From Bacteroidales bacterium (lineage in GTDB: Bacteria; Bacteroidota; Bacteroidia; Bacteroidales; UBA932): 51,955 bases of DNA. Below the pieces are notes generated by a model that saw nothing but the letters and a program-made list of their open reading frames with translations, did no database searches and was not told where the DNA came from. A program made the translations under genes and the position numbers. Where the stretch lies: NCBI GenBank assembly GCA_017548335.1, contig JAFZAF010000136.1, positions 1-51,955 on the forward strand, read 5' to 3'. Positions 27,070-36,574 of this stretch are shown piece by piece. Numbering within the stretch: the first letter of the stretch is position 1; every line of letters starts with the position of its first letter.

Positions 27070-27995
27070 ACTCTCTTCTTAAACCAACGGAGGACCATCA
27101 TCAGCTTATCCTTCCCGGATGCCAGGCGGCACAATTTAAGGTATGGGAATAATTGTTTGAATGGCAGATATCTGATGACGAGGTTGAAATAGTCGTAAAC
27201 GCACTTCTTGTGCAGATAGTCTTCATTGACGATGGAATAGTACTCCCTGTCCGCGGGGTTGTCCGGCTCTTCATAACGGATGGCGCGCAGGAATTCCGAC
27301 AACTGGGAGATTCCCTCCAGTTTCTCTTTGAACCGGGAACGGTCCGCGGAGATGTGCTGCGAGGATTGCCGGAAGCAGAAGAGCATCTCCTGCGTGTTGG
27401 CAACGCCGTTCTGCGACAGGGAAATGGGTGTTGCTATGTCGGAACCAAATGCGCACGGGAAATCCATAAAACCGCCCATCTCCAGCAGGGCGGAGCGTTT
27501 GAAGGCAAAATTCCCGATGCAGGTGAAAGACCGCCCGGTCAACCACCAGTTGAGGTATTCGTATTTGCTGGTAAATTCGGGCAGGATGCTGTCGTCCCAA
27601 AGATGCCGGCCTTCTTCGTCGATCTGTTCCACGGAAGAATGGATGAGGTCCACCTGGGGATATTTTTCTGCCAGCCGGACGACCTCTTCACAGAATGTCG
27701 GACGATAGAGATCATCATCGGAGGCCAGCACGATATAATCCCCGCTCGCGAACGAAATGCTGTGGTTCCATTGCCGGACAAGATTCTCTCCGCCGAGGTT
27801 CCGCCCGTTGCGGATATAGCGGATGCGAGGGTCCGGATGAGCCGCCACGATTTCTTCGAGCGGATCGGGCGAGCAGTCGTCCACGATAATCAATTCCCAG
27901 TCGGGACAGGTCTGGCGGACGATGCTTGTCACCGCTTCTTCCAGGAAACGACCCTTCCAGGCGGGAAGTACGAATGAGACCCGGGGTCCGGTCAT
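27045..27995 (-). CDS. glycosyltransferase family 2
   Basis: Start trimmed to the ATG at 27995 (MTGPRVSFVLPAWKG). GT2 signature ELIIVDDCSPDP...LASDDD. Confidence 0.85.
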   Translation of the reverse strand: MTGPRVSFVLPAWKGRFLEEAVTSIVRQTCPDWELIIVDDCSPDPLEEIVAAHPDPRIRYIRNGRNLGGENLVRQWNHSISFASGDYIVLASDDDLYRPTFCEEVVRLAEKYPQVDLIHSSVEQIDEEGRHLWDDSILPEFTSKYEYLNWWLTGRSFTCIGNFAFKRSALLEMGGFMDFPCAFGSDIATPISLSQNGVANTQEMLFCFRQSSQHISADRSRFKEKLEGISQLSEFLRAIRYEEPDNPADREYYSIVNEDYLHKKCVYDYFNLVIRYLPFKQLFPYLKLCRLASGKDKLMMVLRWFKKRVCKKTRSL

Positions 27996-27999
27996 ATGC

Positions 28000-28500
28000 T
28001 CAGGACTTTGAAACGATGTTTCCCGGAACGCCGACCACGGTCGCCCCGGCTTCGAGGACATCCTTCACGACCACGGCACCGGCGCCGATCCGGACGCCGT
28101 CCGCGATACGGATGCCTCCCAGGATCTGCGCCCCCTGTCCGATATCCACGTTGTTTCCGATGACCGGGGAATCGTCCGGATAACCGCCGGTACTCCCGAT
28201 ACAGCAGTTCCCGTGGATCTTGCAGTTGCGGCCTATGCGCGCCTTGGGATTGACGATTACGGAGCCGAAATGCTCCAGTTGCAATCCTTCGCCGAAACAG
28301 CCGGCGCTGATGATGAAGCCCAGACGGGAACCGAGGCGGTTCTTGCGGGCCTTATACCAGTATGCAAGCAACTTGACGGGCGTGGCAAAACAGAACCGCT
28401 CCTCCTGCCTCAGGAATCGGAGATATCTGCGGATGTAATAACCTTCAGGCCGTATGAGCCATTCAAGGAGACGTTCTTTCCAGGAGATGTTATCTTTCAT
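28000..28500 (-). CDS. hexapeptide-repeat (LbH) O-acetyltransferase, serine acetyltransferase-like
   Basis: 166-aa ORF with left-handed beta-helix hexapeptide repeats (IGRNCKIHGNCCIG...IGNNVDIGQGAQILGGIRIADGVRIGAGAVV). Confidence 0.85.
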   Translation of the reverse strand: MKDNISWKERLLEWLIRPEGYYIRRYLRFLRQEERFCFATPVKLLAYWYKARKNRLGSRLGFIISAGCFGEGLQLEHFGSVIVNPKARIGRNCKIHGNCCIGSTGGYPDDSPVIGNNVDIGQGAQILGGIRIADGVRIGAGAVVVKDVLEAGATVVGVPGNIVSKS

Positions 28501-29446
28501 ATAAGCGGACCAGGATTTTAGCCGGGAAATAAAAACCGTGCGCGATCAGCCAGAGCAGGACCTTCATCTTGCCGGACAGGAAAGGGTTCGACTGGATGTA
28601 GGCGTTCGCTTCGGGGAAACGCACGTTGAACTCGGGGTATTTTTCGGGATGAAGCGACATCCAGGATTTCCATACCAGGATCCTCCAATAGCAGGCCTCC
28701 TTGCAACCCTCGAACGACCGGTGGCCTTGGAGGAAAGAAACCGTCTCGGCCATACTGGAAAGGCGGATGTCCTCGGCTGTCTCATTGTGGGACCTGTGGG
28801 TGATGGAGTCGGAATTCAGGGCGTTGTACCGATACAGGGCCTGCTCCGTCTTTGCGATGGAACCGGCGAAGAAAACGGCCCTTGCCACGAACCAGACGTC
28901 TTCCGTATAGTTGATATGCTCGGGGAAGGCAAGCCGGTTGTCCTTCAGGAACGACATCCGGAAGAGGATTCCGATGGCGAACATCCACCCGCACATAAAC
29001 AGATTGGAGAGCGTTTCCTGCGTGCCGTTTCCGGGAGCGAAGGTCTCATAGACAAAGGAACCGTTTTCAGAAAGCATTTCCATATTGCCGAAGCAGAAAT
29101 CCGTTTCCGGTGTCATCAGGCCCATCAATTCTTCCAGGTAGTTCCCGCACAGGAAGTCGTCGCTGTCGACGAAAGTGACGAATTCCCCGCGGGAATGGGA
29201 AAGCCCGAAGTTGCGGGTATGCGAAACGCCTGCGTTGGGCTTATGGAAAACGACGACCCGTTTGTCCCTCTGGGCGAACTGGTCTGCGATCTCTCCGGAC
29301 CGGTCTGTGCTGCCGTCATCCACCAGGATGAGTTCAAAACGGTCGAAGGACTGCGCGAGGATGCTGTCCAGGCATCTCTCCAGGTAACGGGCGGCATTGT
29401 ACACCGGGACGACGACGGAAACGACGGGGCGTTCTTCGGAACTCAT
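28490..29446 (-). CDS. glycosyltransferase family 2
   Basis: 318-aa ORF. VSVVVPVYNAARYLERCLDSILAQSF..FELILVDDGSTDRS...FVDSDD. Confidence 0.9.
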   Translation of the reverse strand: MSSEERPVVSVVVPVYNAARYLERCLDSILAQSFDRFELILVDDGSTDRSGEIADQFAQRDKRVVVFHKPNAGVSHTRNFGLSHSRGEFVTFVDSDDFLCGNYLEELMGLMTPETDFCFGNMEMLSENGSFVYETFAPGNGTQETLSNLFMCGWMFAIGILFRMSFLKDNRLAFPEHINYTEDVWFVARAVFFAGSIAKTEQALYRYNALNSDSITHRSHNETAEDIRLSSMAETVSFLQGHRSFEGCKEACYWRILVWKSWMSLHPEKYPEFNVRFPEANAYIQSNPFLSGKMKVLLWLIAHGFYFPAKILVRLYER

Positions 29447-30273
29447 TTATAGCTTAGCTTATGGATGGGGAAACGCGCCGGGATATCCTCTTTCTTCATC
29501 AAGGAGAAGGCGGAATCGCTGATGGATTGCTGCAGATAATGGGGGAGGGTGTCGCTGACAAGCGGGAAATCCTCCCCGCAGCCGTACACGTCGAACAGGA
29601 TCTGGAAGAAGAAATAGTCGGGCAGGCTGTCGTGGGTCAGCCACCACGACAGCAGCAGGCGGCAAAGGTCCGAAACGGTCCGGTTGCCCCGTTTCGCCAC
29701 GATAAAACTGTTCAGCATATTGACGCGGAACCCTTTGGCCCAGCCGAAATAGTAGGCATAAGTGTTGCGCCAATAGCGATGGTCCGGCTCGTCCGGATCG
29801 CGGCGGAACACGAAGAAATCGCAATGGGCATATTCTTCCGGTATCCGTCCGGACAGCAGAATGGTGGCATCCATCCAGATGCCGCCGTAAACGCTGAGCA
29901 ACATCAGACGCAGCAGGTCTGCGAAATGTGCCTTGGAATAAACGGCGCGCTTTCTTTGGACAAAATCAGGCAGGTCCAGATACTCGGACAGGTTTTCATC
30001 CGACAGGCGGACCAGCGTGTATCCGGAGGCATACTCTTCCACGGATTCCAGGCACCGCCGGACTACGGGCGGAACGTCTTCATATCCTTGGGCCCAGTAC
30101 TGCCAGATAATGCGGTCCGTCCCGAACCGTTTCTTGGGCTTCAGGTCGAAATGTACAGGATGCTCCCGGTCTTCCGCAATCAGCGACCCGCAGATCCCGG
30201 CCACCCGCTTATGGGTCTTGAGGATCTTCCGTTCGCGAAGTTTCCGCCAGAGGAATGTCCGTGAAAGCTTCAC
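29443..30273 (-). CDS. capsular polysaccharide synthesis protein family (Caps_synth / GT32-like)
   Basis: 276-aa ORF. IIWQYWAQGYEDVPPVVRRCLESV...HFADLLRLMLLSVYGGIWMDATI matches the Caps_synth family pattern. Confidence 0.8.
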   Translation of the reverse strand: MKLSRTFLWRKLRERKILKTHKRVAGICGSLIAEDREHPVHFDLKPKKRFGTDRIIWQYWAQGYEDVPPVVRRCLESVEEYASGYTLVRLSDENLSEYLDLPDFVQRKRAVYSKAHFADLLRLMLLSVYGGIWMDATILLSGRIPEEYAHCDFFVFRRDPDEPDHRYWRNTYAYYFGWAKGFRVNMLNSFIVAKRGNRTVSDLCRLLLSWWLTHDSLPDYFFFQILFDVYGCGEDFPLVSDTLPHYLQQSISDSAFSLMKKEDIPARFPIHKLSYK

Positions 30274-31079
30274 TTTTCCGTGAATTTACGTGCAAACAGG
30301 TATCCGCTTCCGCACAAATCCCCGTATTCATCGAGCCGGTAGGTGCTGGCGTTGGAGCGGGCGATGCTGTGCAACAGATACTTCCCGTCGTTGACGAGCG
30401 TATCTTTGAACGGGGAATCCATCAGTTCCGAAGGGACGAAATACTCGTCGCCGCAGAAAGAGAAACGGTAGGTCTTCAGGATCTCCTCCTTCCGGGAAAG
30501 GAGATAATGCACGGCTGCGTCGGACAGGCTCGCCCAGTTGCTGGCCTTGTAGAAAACTTTACCGCGGTTGGTTTCAATGCCGAGAACCCGCTGGACTGCG
30601 ATGGCCGATTTCCAGAGAAACTGGCTGGCGTGCTTCCGGAACGCATTGCGGGAGGCGTAGTCGTGCAGGAACAAGTTGTAGCGGCGGACTTTCAACGTTT
30701 CTTGATAGGGGAGGTCCTTGGAAAGCCCGGAAAGGATGTTCTTGCCCCTGTTCTCCGTGAGTCGGGCGTCTATCTGCCCGAAGGGTTTCAAGGGCAGGGT
30801 GGTGCCGGAAATGATATGGTAGAAGTCGTAGGGCCCCCGGCCGGCGGCGGCTTCAAACAGCGCGAATTCGCAGCGGATCTGCGACACGGACCCCCAGCGG
30901 ACGTCCACGCGGTCTTGCAGGAAGGTCATCCGGCTGCGCTCCGCCTTGATTTCCGGCAGTACAGGCACCTTACGGTCGATATGGATGAAGATATCGCATT
31001 CCGGGGCGTCCAGCGCGGACACGAGCCGTTGCAGGATACCGAATTCGTCGTGGGCGATGATCAGCCAGGCGTGCGTCAT
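30270..31079 (-). CDS. glycosyltransferase family 14-like (second paralog)
   Basis: Start trimmed to the ATG at 31079 (MTHAWLIIAHDEFGILQRLVSALD..CDIFIHIDRK), with an ATGA overlap. Aligns along its length with 24211-25083 (RVDVRWGS...CEFALFEAA). Confidence 0.75.
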   Translation of the reverse strand: MTHAWLIIAHDEFGILQRLVSALDAPECDIFIHIDRKVPVLPEIKAERSRMTFLQDRVDVRWGSVSQIRCEFALFEAAAGRGPYDFYHIISGTTLPLKPFGQIDARLTENRGKNILSGLSKDLPYQETLKVRRYNLFLHDYASRNAFRKHASQFLWKSAIAVQRVLGIETNRGKVFYKASNWASLSDAAVHYLLSRKEEILKTYRFSFCGDEYFVPSELMDSPFKDTLVNDGKYLLHSIARSNASTYRLDEYGDLCGSGYLFARKFTEK

Positions 31080-32071
31080 ATCCTGTCCGGGAAGAAACGG
31101 CCCTTGAGTGCATCCCAGGCAAGCAGCCTGAGTTTGTCGATGAGGATGAAGGCCAAGGCGAGGGCGATTACGATGCCGAGCATCGCCGGATACAGGGCGG
31201 TCGGGCATACGCTGTCGTGCAGATGCTCGAACAAGTGGTGGTAGAAGGGGGCTACCAGGGAATTCTCGTGAAGCAGGTAGATGGCAAATGCCGAAACCGC
31301 CAGCCAGTTGACCGTCTTGCTCCGGAAGCTCAGTTTCGAGAAGAATAGCAGCAGATACAGGGCGGCGACGACGGTCAGGGGAGAATCATAATGGTTCAGA
31401 TGGAAACCCATCCCGAACCATTTGTAACCGAACCAGAAAAGGACCATCGACAGGAGGGAGGCCCCGAGATAGATGGCAAGGTCCGTCCCTTTCCTGAAGG
31501 AGGACAACTTCCCCGGATGCATCCGCACATAACGGGCCAGCAGGTAGAGTCCGATGAAGAAAAGGGGCGAGAATCCATAGTCGAAATGACCGGCGTCCAG
31601 CAGGAACCCGAAAACGAACTCCGCCGCGAAGAATGCGATGAGCACGCCCCCGAATTCCTTTTTCGAAGCACGCTCGACGAAAGCGTTCAGGACGGGCGAC
31701 AGTGCATACAGGATCAGATAGGACACCACGAACCAGTATCCGTATCCGAACAGCAGGTAAGGCAGCAGATCTTTCCTGAAAGAGACCGGCAGCCCCAGCG
31801 CCGCAAAGACGCCGAAGCAGAGCAGGGCCAGGAAAACGACCTGGAACAGCAGTTTTGCCGCGCCTTTCAAGGAGGCCCTGATGCCGAACCAGCCCGAGAT
31901 CATTACGAACACGTTCACGCATACCAGGCAGAGCTGCCCGACGGCCAGTTTTCCGACTCCGGCCGCTCCCACCAGGTCCTGCTCCTGGACGTATCCGACG
32001 GCGTGACAGAGCATCACCATCAGCATCGCGACCAGCCGCAGCAATTCGAAATTGGATTGTCTTTCTTTCAT
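31076..32071 (-). CDS. acyltransferase family 3 membrane protein
   Basis: Start trimmed to the ATG at 32071 (MKERQSNFELLRLVAMLMVMLCHA), the typical Acyl_transf_3 N-terminus. Multi-TM. Confidence 0.8.
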   Translation of the reverse strand: MKERQSNFELLRLVAMLMVMLCHAVGYVQEQDLVGAAGVGKLAVGQLCLVCVNVFVMISGWFGIRASLKGAAKLLFQVVFLALLCFGVFAALGLPVSFRKDLLPYLLFGYGYWFVVSYLILYALSPVLNAFVERASKKEFGGVLIAFFAAEFVFGFLLDAGHFDYGFSPLFFIGLYLLARYVRMHPGKLSSFRKGTDLAIYLGASLLSMVLFWFGYKWFGMGFHLNHYDSPLTVVAALYLLLFFSKLSFRSKTVNWLAVSAFAIYLLHENSLVAPFYHHLFEHLHDSVCPTALYPAMLGIVIALALAFILIDKLRLLAWDALKGRFFPDRI

Positions 32072-32085
32072 TCCCCCGGAAAGTG

Positions 32086-33168
32086 TTAACCCAGGATGCG
32101 CTTGACCGCCTCGAGGTATTGTCTGCCAAACCGTAGATCCGGCTCCAGATAGTTCCCCTCCGCCCACTCGTTCCAGGACTTGATGAACACGAAGGGTTCG
32201 GGATCGCTCTTCCTGTCCAGACAATCCTTGACCTGGAGCAGATGCTTGCTGAAAAGCAGGGGATTGGAGTCGTGGAAGACGATGCCGTTCTTTCCCGTCC
32301 GCGGGGAATGGTCCCAATTGGGAATGATGGTAGGGATTACGTCGTCCCGGCAATCCTGTGCGGAGACGAAATACCGGCTCGCTTTTTTGTAACTGACGAT
32401 CCTCGGGAAACCGAGAAGCCGGTGCGCAAGTTTCGTGGCGGTCCGGTCGAGGAAGGAGACCTCGTCGGAATAACGGAAAATATTGATGGTCTCGACGGCG
32501 TCGAAGCCCTGGCTTAAGAACAGGTCCGTCTTGGAAGGATCATAGGTGTGGCCTATGATGAAAAGACCGGGCAGGCCATTTTCTGCCGCCAGTCTCCGCC
32601 ACAGGCCGATGAACGACTCCGCATTCGGAAGGCCTCCGGGATTATAGACCATAAACACCGGCTTCCCGTCCTTTTTAATATAGCGTCTGTCCTTGAATGC
32701 CGGCAGCAGGCGATGGAAATGACGGATGTGGTCCTCTTCGGAAGGATAGGTCTGCTCGATCAGCACCTCCCTCTCCCCGACACCGTGATAGAAGCCTCTC
32801 CAGGACTCGTTCGCCCACGCGACGCAGAAGGGGAAATCCGGCTCTCCCGAGGCGAGCATTTCATTGAAAGGCCTCTCAAGCAGCTCTTTTCCGTTCCCGA
32901 ACCAGTAATGCCAGTAACAGAACCCTTCTATTCCATATTGTCTGGCCAGGTCCGCCTGGGCCTTCCTCGTTTCAGGAACCCTCAAGTCATAGTATCCGAG
33001 GTCGGCGGGGACCCGGGGCTGATAATGGCCGGGGAACAGCCTTCTGGCTTTCCCGACGTTCGTCCATTCCGTAAACCCCGTTCCCCACCATCTGTCATTC
33101 TCGGGAATCGGATGGTATTGGGGCAGATACAGGGCGAGGATCCTGTATTTCTTCTTTTCCGGATTCAT
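32086..33168 (-). CDS. WbsX-family glycosyltransferase / GH99-like domain protein
   Basis: 360-aa ORF. ALYLPQYHPIPENDRWWGTGFTEWTNV...YGIEGFCYWHYWF is characteristic of the Glyco_tran_WbsX family. Confidence 0.8.
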   Translation of the reverse strand: MNPEKKKYRILALYLPQYHPIPENDRWWGTGFTEWTNVGKARRLFPGHYQPRVPADLGYYDLRVPETRKAQADLARQYGIEGFCYWHYWFGNGKELLERPFNEMLASGEPDFPFCVAWANESWRGFYHGVGEREVLIEQTYPSEEDHIRHFHRLLPAFKDRRYIKKDGKPVFMVYNPGGLPNAESFIGLWRRLAAENGLPGLFIIGHTYDPSKTDLFLSQGFDAVETINIFRYSDEVSFLDRTATKLAHRLLGFPRIVSYKKASRYFVSAQDCRDDVIPTIIPNWDHSPRTGKNGIVFHDSNPLLFSKHLLQVKDCLDRKSDPEPFVFIKSWNEWAEGNYLEPDLRFGRQYLEAVKRILG

Positions 33169-34613
33169 CGTTTGCCGATTTTCTGTTTGACGATGTCCTT
33201 AAGATAATAGAACTCTTCTTTCTTGAAGATGACGGATGTCAGCAGGTAATACGCGACGCCGGTGCCTGCACCCAGGAGCAACTTGACAAGATGGGAATCG
33301 CTGAGCCTCATTACGAGAATCACCAGTAGTCCCATAATGAGGGAATGCAGGAGGGACGTGGAGAAATCCTTGACTTGCTTCAAGGTCCCGTAGTCCAGCA
33401 GGATCCGGATGTTCTGGGTGCAGATGGCAAAACCGATGACGGCCGTGCAGATGCGTCCGATACACATCGCCGCCAGCCCCAGGGGAATCGTGATGAACAG
33501 CACTGCGACATCGAGCACCTTCGTGATCACGACCATTTTCAGATACAGGTCTGAACGGCCCGTGACATTGGGAAAGGTCATATTCATCCCGTTGATCGGA
33601 TACCACATCAGGGAGAAGCACAGGATCTGCAGATAGGGGATGGACTCCGCCCATTTGTCCGTGAGCAGGAGGCGTATGAAAGGGTCCGCCACGGCCGCCA
33701 GGCCGATCATCATAGGGAATGTCACATAGGCGAACAGCTTGATGAACCGCCGAAAGGCTTCGCGCAGCCGTTCCCTGTCGTCCTGGATGGAGCAGAGAAC
33801 GGGATAACTGACTCCCTGGACCAGTCCGTAAACATTCGAAGACGGGAACGTGGCGAATGATTCCGCACGGTTATACACCCCGAGGGCCGTCGGATTGAGA
33901 ACTTTCCCGATTGTGATGCTGTACATATTCCCCCATACGGTGTCGATCAGGCCGGAAGCGAGGAGTTTGGACCCGAAAGCGAACATCTCCTTGAGCGACT
34001 TCCAGGAAAAGACGGCCTTGGGACGCCAGCGGACAAAGATCCAGGCCAGCAGCGTGTTGACCGAACTGCCGACGAGGGATTGTACGACCAGGGCCCATAC
34101 ACCGTATCCTTTCCTGGCCATCCACAATCCTACCGCACCGATGGCGGTGATTGAAATGATGGAAATGACCGCCTGCGTCTTGAAATTGATGTCTATGGTC
34201 AGCTTGACGTGCTGAATGGCCCCGAATGCATTGATTATCAAGTTGAAGCATACAATCCTCGTAATCTTGGTAAGAATCGGGGTCTTATAGAATGCGGCAA
34301 TGGCCGGGGCGGAGATCCATAAGAGAAAGCAGAACAGCAGGGAGATGGCGATATTGAAATAGAATACGGTGTTGTAATCCGCCTCCGTCCTGTTCTTTTT
34401 CTGGATCAGGGCATTTGCAAAGCCGCTGTCTATAAAGGTCTGTGAAACCGCAAGGAAAATGCTCAACATCGCTACTACGCCATAATCCTCCGGTAAAAGG
34501 ATCCGGGCGATGAGGATGTTGAACACGAACTGTATGCCTTGGGCTGAAAAGCGGTTCAGCGCATTCCAAAGCACACCGTTGACGGTCTTTTCCTTCAGTG
34601 ATTTCTCAGGCAT
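33165..34613 (-). CDS. wzx: polysaccharide repeat-unit flippase (Wzx, MOP superfamily)
   Basis: 482-aa ORF with about 12 or more TM segments. N-terminus GVLWNALNRFSAQGIQFVFNILIARILLPEDYGVVAM is typical of Polysacc_synt flippases. Confidence 0.85.
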   Translation of the reverse strand: MPEKSLKEKTVNGVLWNALNRFSAQGIQFVFNILIARILLPEDYGVVAMLSIFLAVSQTFIDSGFANALIQKKNRTEADYNTVFYFNIAISLLFCFLLWISAPAIAAFYKTPILTKITRIVCFNLIINAFGAIQHVKLTIDINFKTQAVISIISITAIGAVGLWMARKGYGVWALVVQSLVGSSVNTLLAWIFVRWRPKAVFSWKSLKEMFAFGSKLLASGLIDTVWGNMYSITIGKVLNPTALGVYNRAESFATFPSSNVYGLVQGVSYPVLCSIQDDRERLREAFRRFIKLFAYVTFPMMIGLAAVADPFIRLLLTDKWAESIPYLQILCFSLMWYPINGMNMTFPNVTGRSDLYLKMVVITKVLDVAVLFITIPLGLAAMCIGRICTAVIGFAICTQNIRILLDYGTLKQVKDFSTSLLHSLIMGLLVILVMRLSDSHLVKLLLGAGTGVAYYLLTSVIFKKEEFYYLKDIVKQKIGKR

Positions 34614-34623
34614 CTAGATACGC

Positions 34624-34670
34624 AAAAAGCCCCCAGTGCATCCCCTTACGGAGAAACTGCACCCGGGGGC
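34624..34670 (-). terminator. Rho-independent terminator after the OmpA-family gene
   Basis: On the minus strand, GCCCCCGGGTGCA...TGCACTGGGGGC hairpin followed by TTTTTGCG. It lies between the OmpA stop (34692) and the wzx start (34613). Confidence 0.6.
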
Positions 34671-34691
34671 CTTGCTATTCTCGGTTAAGAA

Positions 34692-35705
34692 TTAGTCGTA
34701 CTTGAAGGTAATCTCGATACGGCGGTTCTGGTGACGTCCGAGCCAGGTGTTGTTGTCGCCAACAGGCTGCGAGAAGCCGTGTCCTTCGTAGCTCAGGCGG
34801 TTGGGGGAGATGCCCTTCTCGACGAGGTAGTCGTAGATGGCCTTTGCACGGTTGTTGGACAGTTCCATATTGTAAGCCTCGGTACCGATGTTGTCGGTGT
34901 GGCCGTCGATCTTGGCGGTAACCTTCGGGTAGGTCTTCATCCACTCGACCACCTGCTCCAGACCGAACTTGGCCTCTTCGGTAATCTCGTAAGAGTCGAA
35001 CTCGAAGAGGGTGGTGTTGCGCAGGAAATCGTTGATCTCCTGGGTCTTCTGGGCTACGTCGGGCTTGATGATCGTAACGGTGTCGTGCACGGCGTACGGT
35101 TTGTCGATGTACTTGATGGTCTCACGGTCCACGTACACGGTGCGCGGTTTGAGCTTTCCGCCGAGGTTGAAGGCGAGCCCGAGGGTGGCGCTCACGTTGC
35201 CGGCCGGGTTGCGCTTGCCCTCAGCATACGCGGCGTTCGGGAAGATGGCATAGCGCACATCGGGAACGATGCGGACCACCTTGCCCAGGTAGATCGGGAA
35301 CATCAAACCCACGCCGCCTGCGGCAGTGCCGTTGTCGATCTTCATATAACCGGCGTGCACGTAAGGGATAAAGCTGCGGTGCACACGGATAAGGGCGTCG
35401 GCGTGCACGTACATCAGTTTCTTCTTGCCGAAGTCGGTGTACTGGTCGCTGACGGTCAGACCCTGCCAGCCCACGCGGAAACCGGCGATGTCGTTGAGCC
35501 ACTTGCCGAGATAGACATCAGCGGCATAGCCAAGGCCCATATGGGAGTTCTCGCGGCTGACGAACTTGTCGCCGTCCCAGCCGAGGTTGACACCGCCGCC
35601 AACACCGGCGAACCAGTTTAACTGGACATACTCAGTCTCCTGGGCGGCAGCGGAAAGACCGGCCGCCAGAGCGAGCATCGTGATAACGAATCTCTTGATT
35701 TTCAT
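34692..35705 (-). CDS. OmpA family outer-membrane protein
   Basis: 337-aa ORF with a signal peptide (ALAAGLSAAAQ). N-terminal beta-barrel-like region and a C-terminal OmpA domain (IDGHTDNIGTEAYNMELSNNRAKAIYDYLVEKGI...NRRIEI). Confidence 0.9.
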   Translation of the reverse strand: MKIKRFVITMLALAAGLSAAAQETEYVQLNWFAGVGGGVNLGWDGDKFVSRENSHMGLGYAADVYLGKWLNDIAGFRVGWQGLTVSDQYTDFGKKKLMYVHADALIRVHRSFIPYVHAGYMKIDNGTAAGGVGLMFPIYLGKVVRIVPDVRYAIFPNAAYAEGKRNPAGNVSATLGLAFNLGGKLKPRTVYVDRETIKYIDKPYAVHDTVTIIKPDVAQKTQEINDFLRNTTLFEFDSYEITEEAKFGLEQVVEWMKTYPKVTAKIDGHTDNIGTEAYNMELSNNRAKAIYDYLVEKGISPNRLSYEGHGFSQPVGDNNTWLGRHQNRRIEITFKYD

Positions 35706-35729
35706 ATTGTTAGAATTTTGATTATCCGA

Positions 35730-36419
35730 TTATTTGAAGTGGTAGATGATACCGAGCGAGAGCCTGCCCACCAGGTCGAACGGGAAACCGGCGTAGCCGA
35801 GGAATCCCTTCTGGTCCCCTTCGGACGGGCGGATGCCGCTGTGCCAGTCGTCGTAGGCTTCGAGGCCGAGGTCGGCAAAGAAACCGAGGCCGGAACGGAA
35901 ATCGACCTCCGCGATGGCGCCCACGCGGAAACCGATCACGATGTTACCGTTGACCGGGTTCTGGAACGGGTGGTTAGGATTGGTGAAGTTGTAGGTATAG
36001 GCACCGCCGATACCGGCATAGAGTTTCGGATTGAACGGGCCGAAATTCTCTGCCAGACCATTGAGGTTCAGGACACCGTCGGCGAACGCCGAAACACTTT
36101 CGTACGTGAAAGGCCAGATGTCTTTCTTCGGGCTGGTGTCATACACATTGGACCCGCCAGCGTGCTGGGCATAGGCGCCGGAGAGGCGGATGCCGAAGTA
36201 GCTGTTGAAGTCGTAACCGATGGCTGCGGACCCCTGGGGCTTGATGAGGTCCATCGTCTTCCCGTTGTCGGTGTAGGAGAAGACGTTTTCGCTGAGCGTG
36301 GCCGCCAGACCGCCCTGGACGGAGAAATAGAACCGTCCGGCGTAGTCATACGGACTCTGGGCAAAAAGGGAGGACGCTCCCAAAAGGAGAGTCGCCAAGC
36401 ATACTGCAATCTTGCGCAT
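35730..36419 (-). CDS. outer-membrane beta-barrel protein
   Basis: 229-aa ORF with a signal peptide (LLLGASSLFAQ), G/Y/F-rich alternating strands and a C-terminal ...LGIIYHFK. Confidence 0.8.
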   Translation of the reverse strand: MRKIAVCLATLLLGASSLFAQSPYDYAGRFYFSVQGGLAATLSENVFSYTDNGKTMDLIKPQGSAAIGYDFNSYFGIRLSGAYAQHAGGSNVYDTSPKKDIWPFTYESVSAFADGVLNLNGLAENFGPFNPKLYAGIGGAYTYNFTNPNHPFQNPVNGNIVIGFRVGAIAEVDFRSGLGFFADLGLEAYDDWHSGIRPSEGDQKGFLGYAGFPFDLVGRLSLGIIYHFK

Positions 36420-36574
36420 ATCTGTATTGAATTATTTGTTCGGATTTTACGGCTTCGCCGTCGGGCCTGTCAGGCAGACTCGGGGCTGAAACTATGAAAT
36501 GGAGACACCATTCCAACGGCAAAGTTAATGCAATCTGCCGGAAAAACAAGAGCGCAACGCGATTTTTTGCACTA

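Noticed and set aside
17657-32353. Long N-terminal extensions in the track ORFs of several capsule genes (for example 18865, 20075, 24232, 25185, 26024, 28061, 31208, 32353)
   Set aside because: Each extension overlaps the preceding gene. In each case an internal ATG gives a canonical family N-terminus (such as MKILQLGKFYP or MKHAFLILAHNEF) and abuts or ATGA-overlaps the upstream stop.
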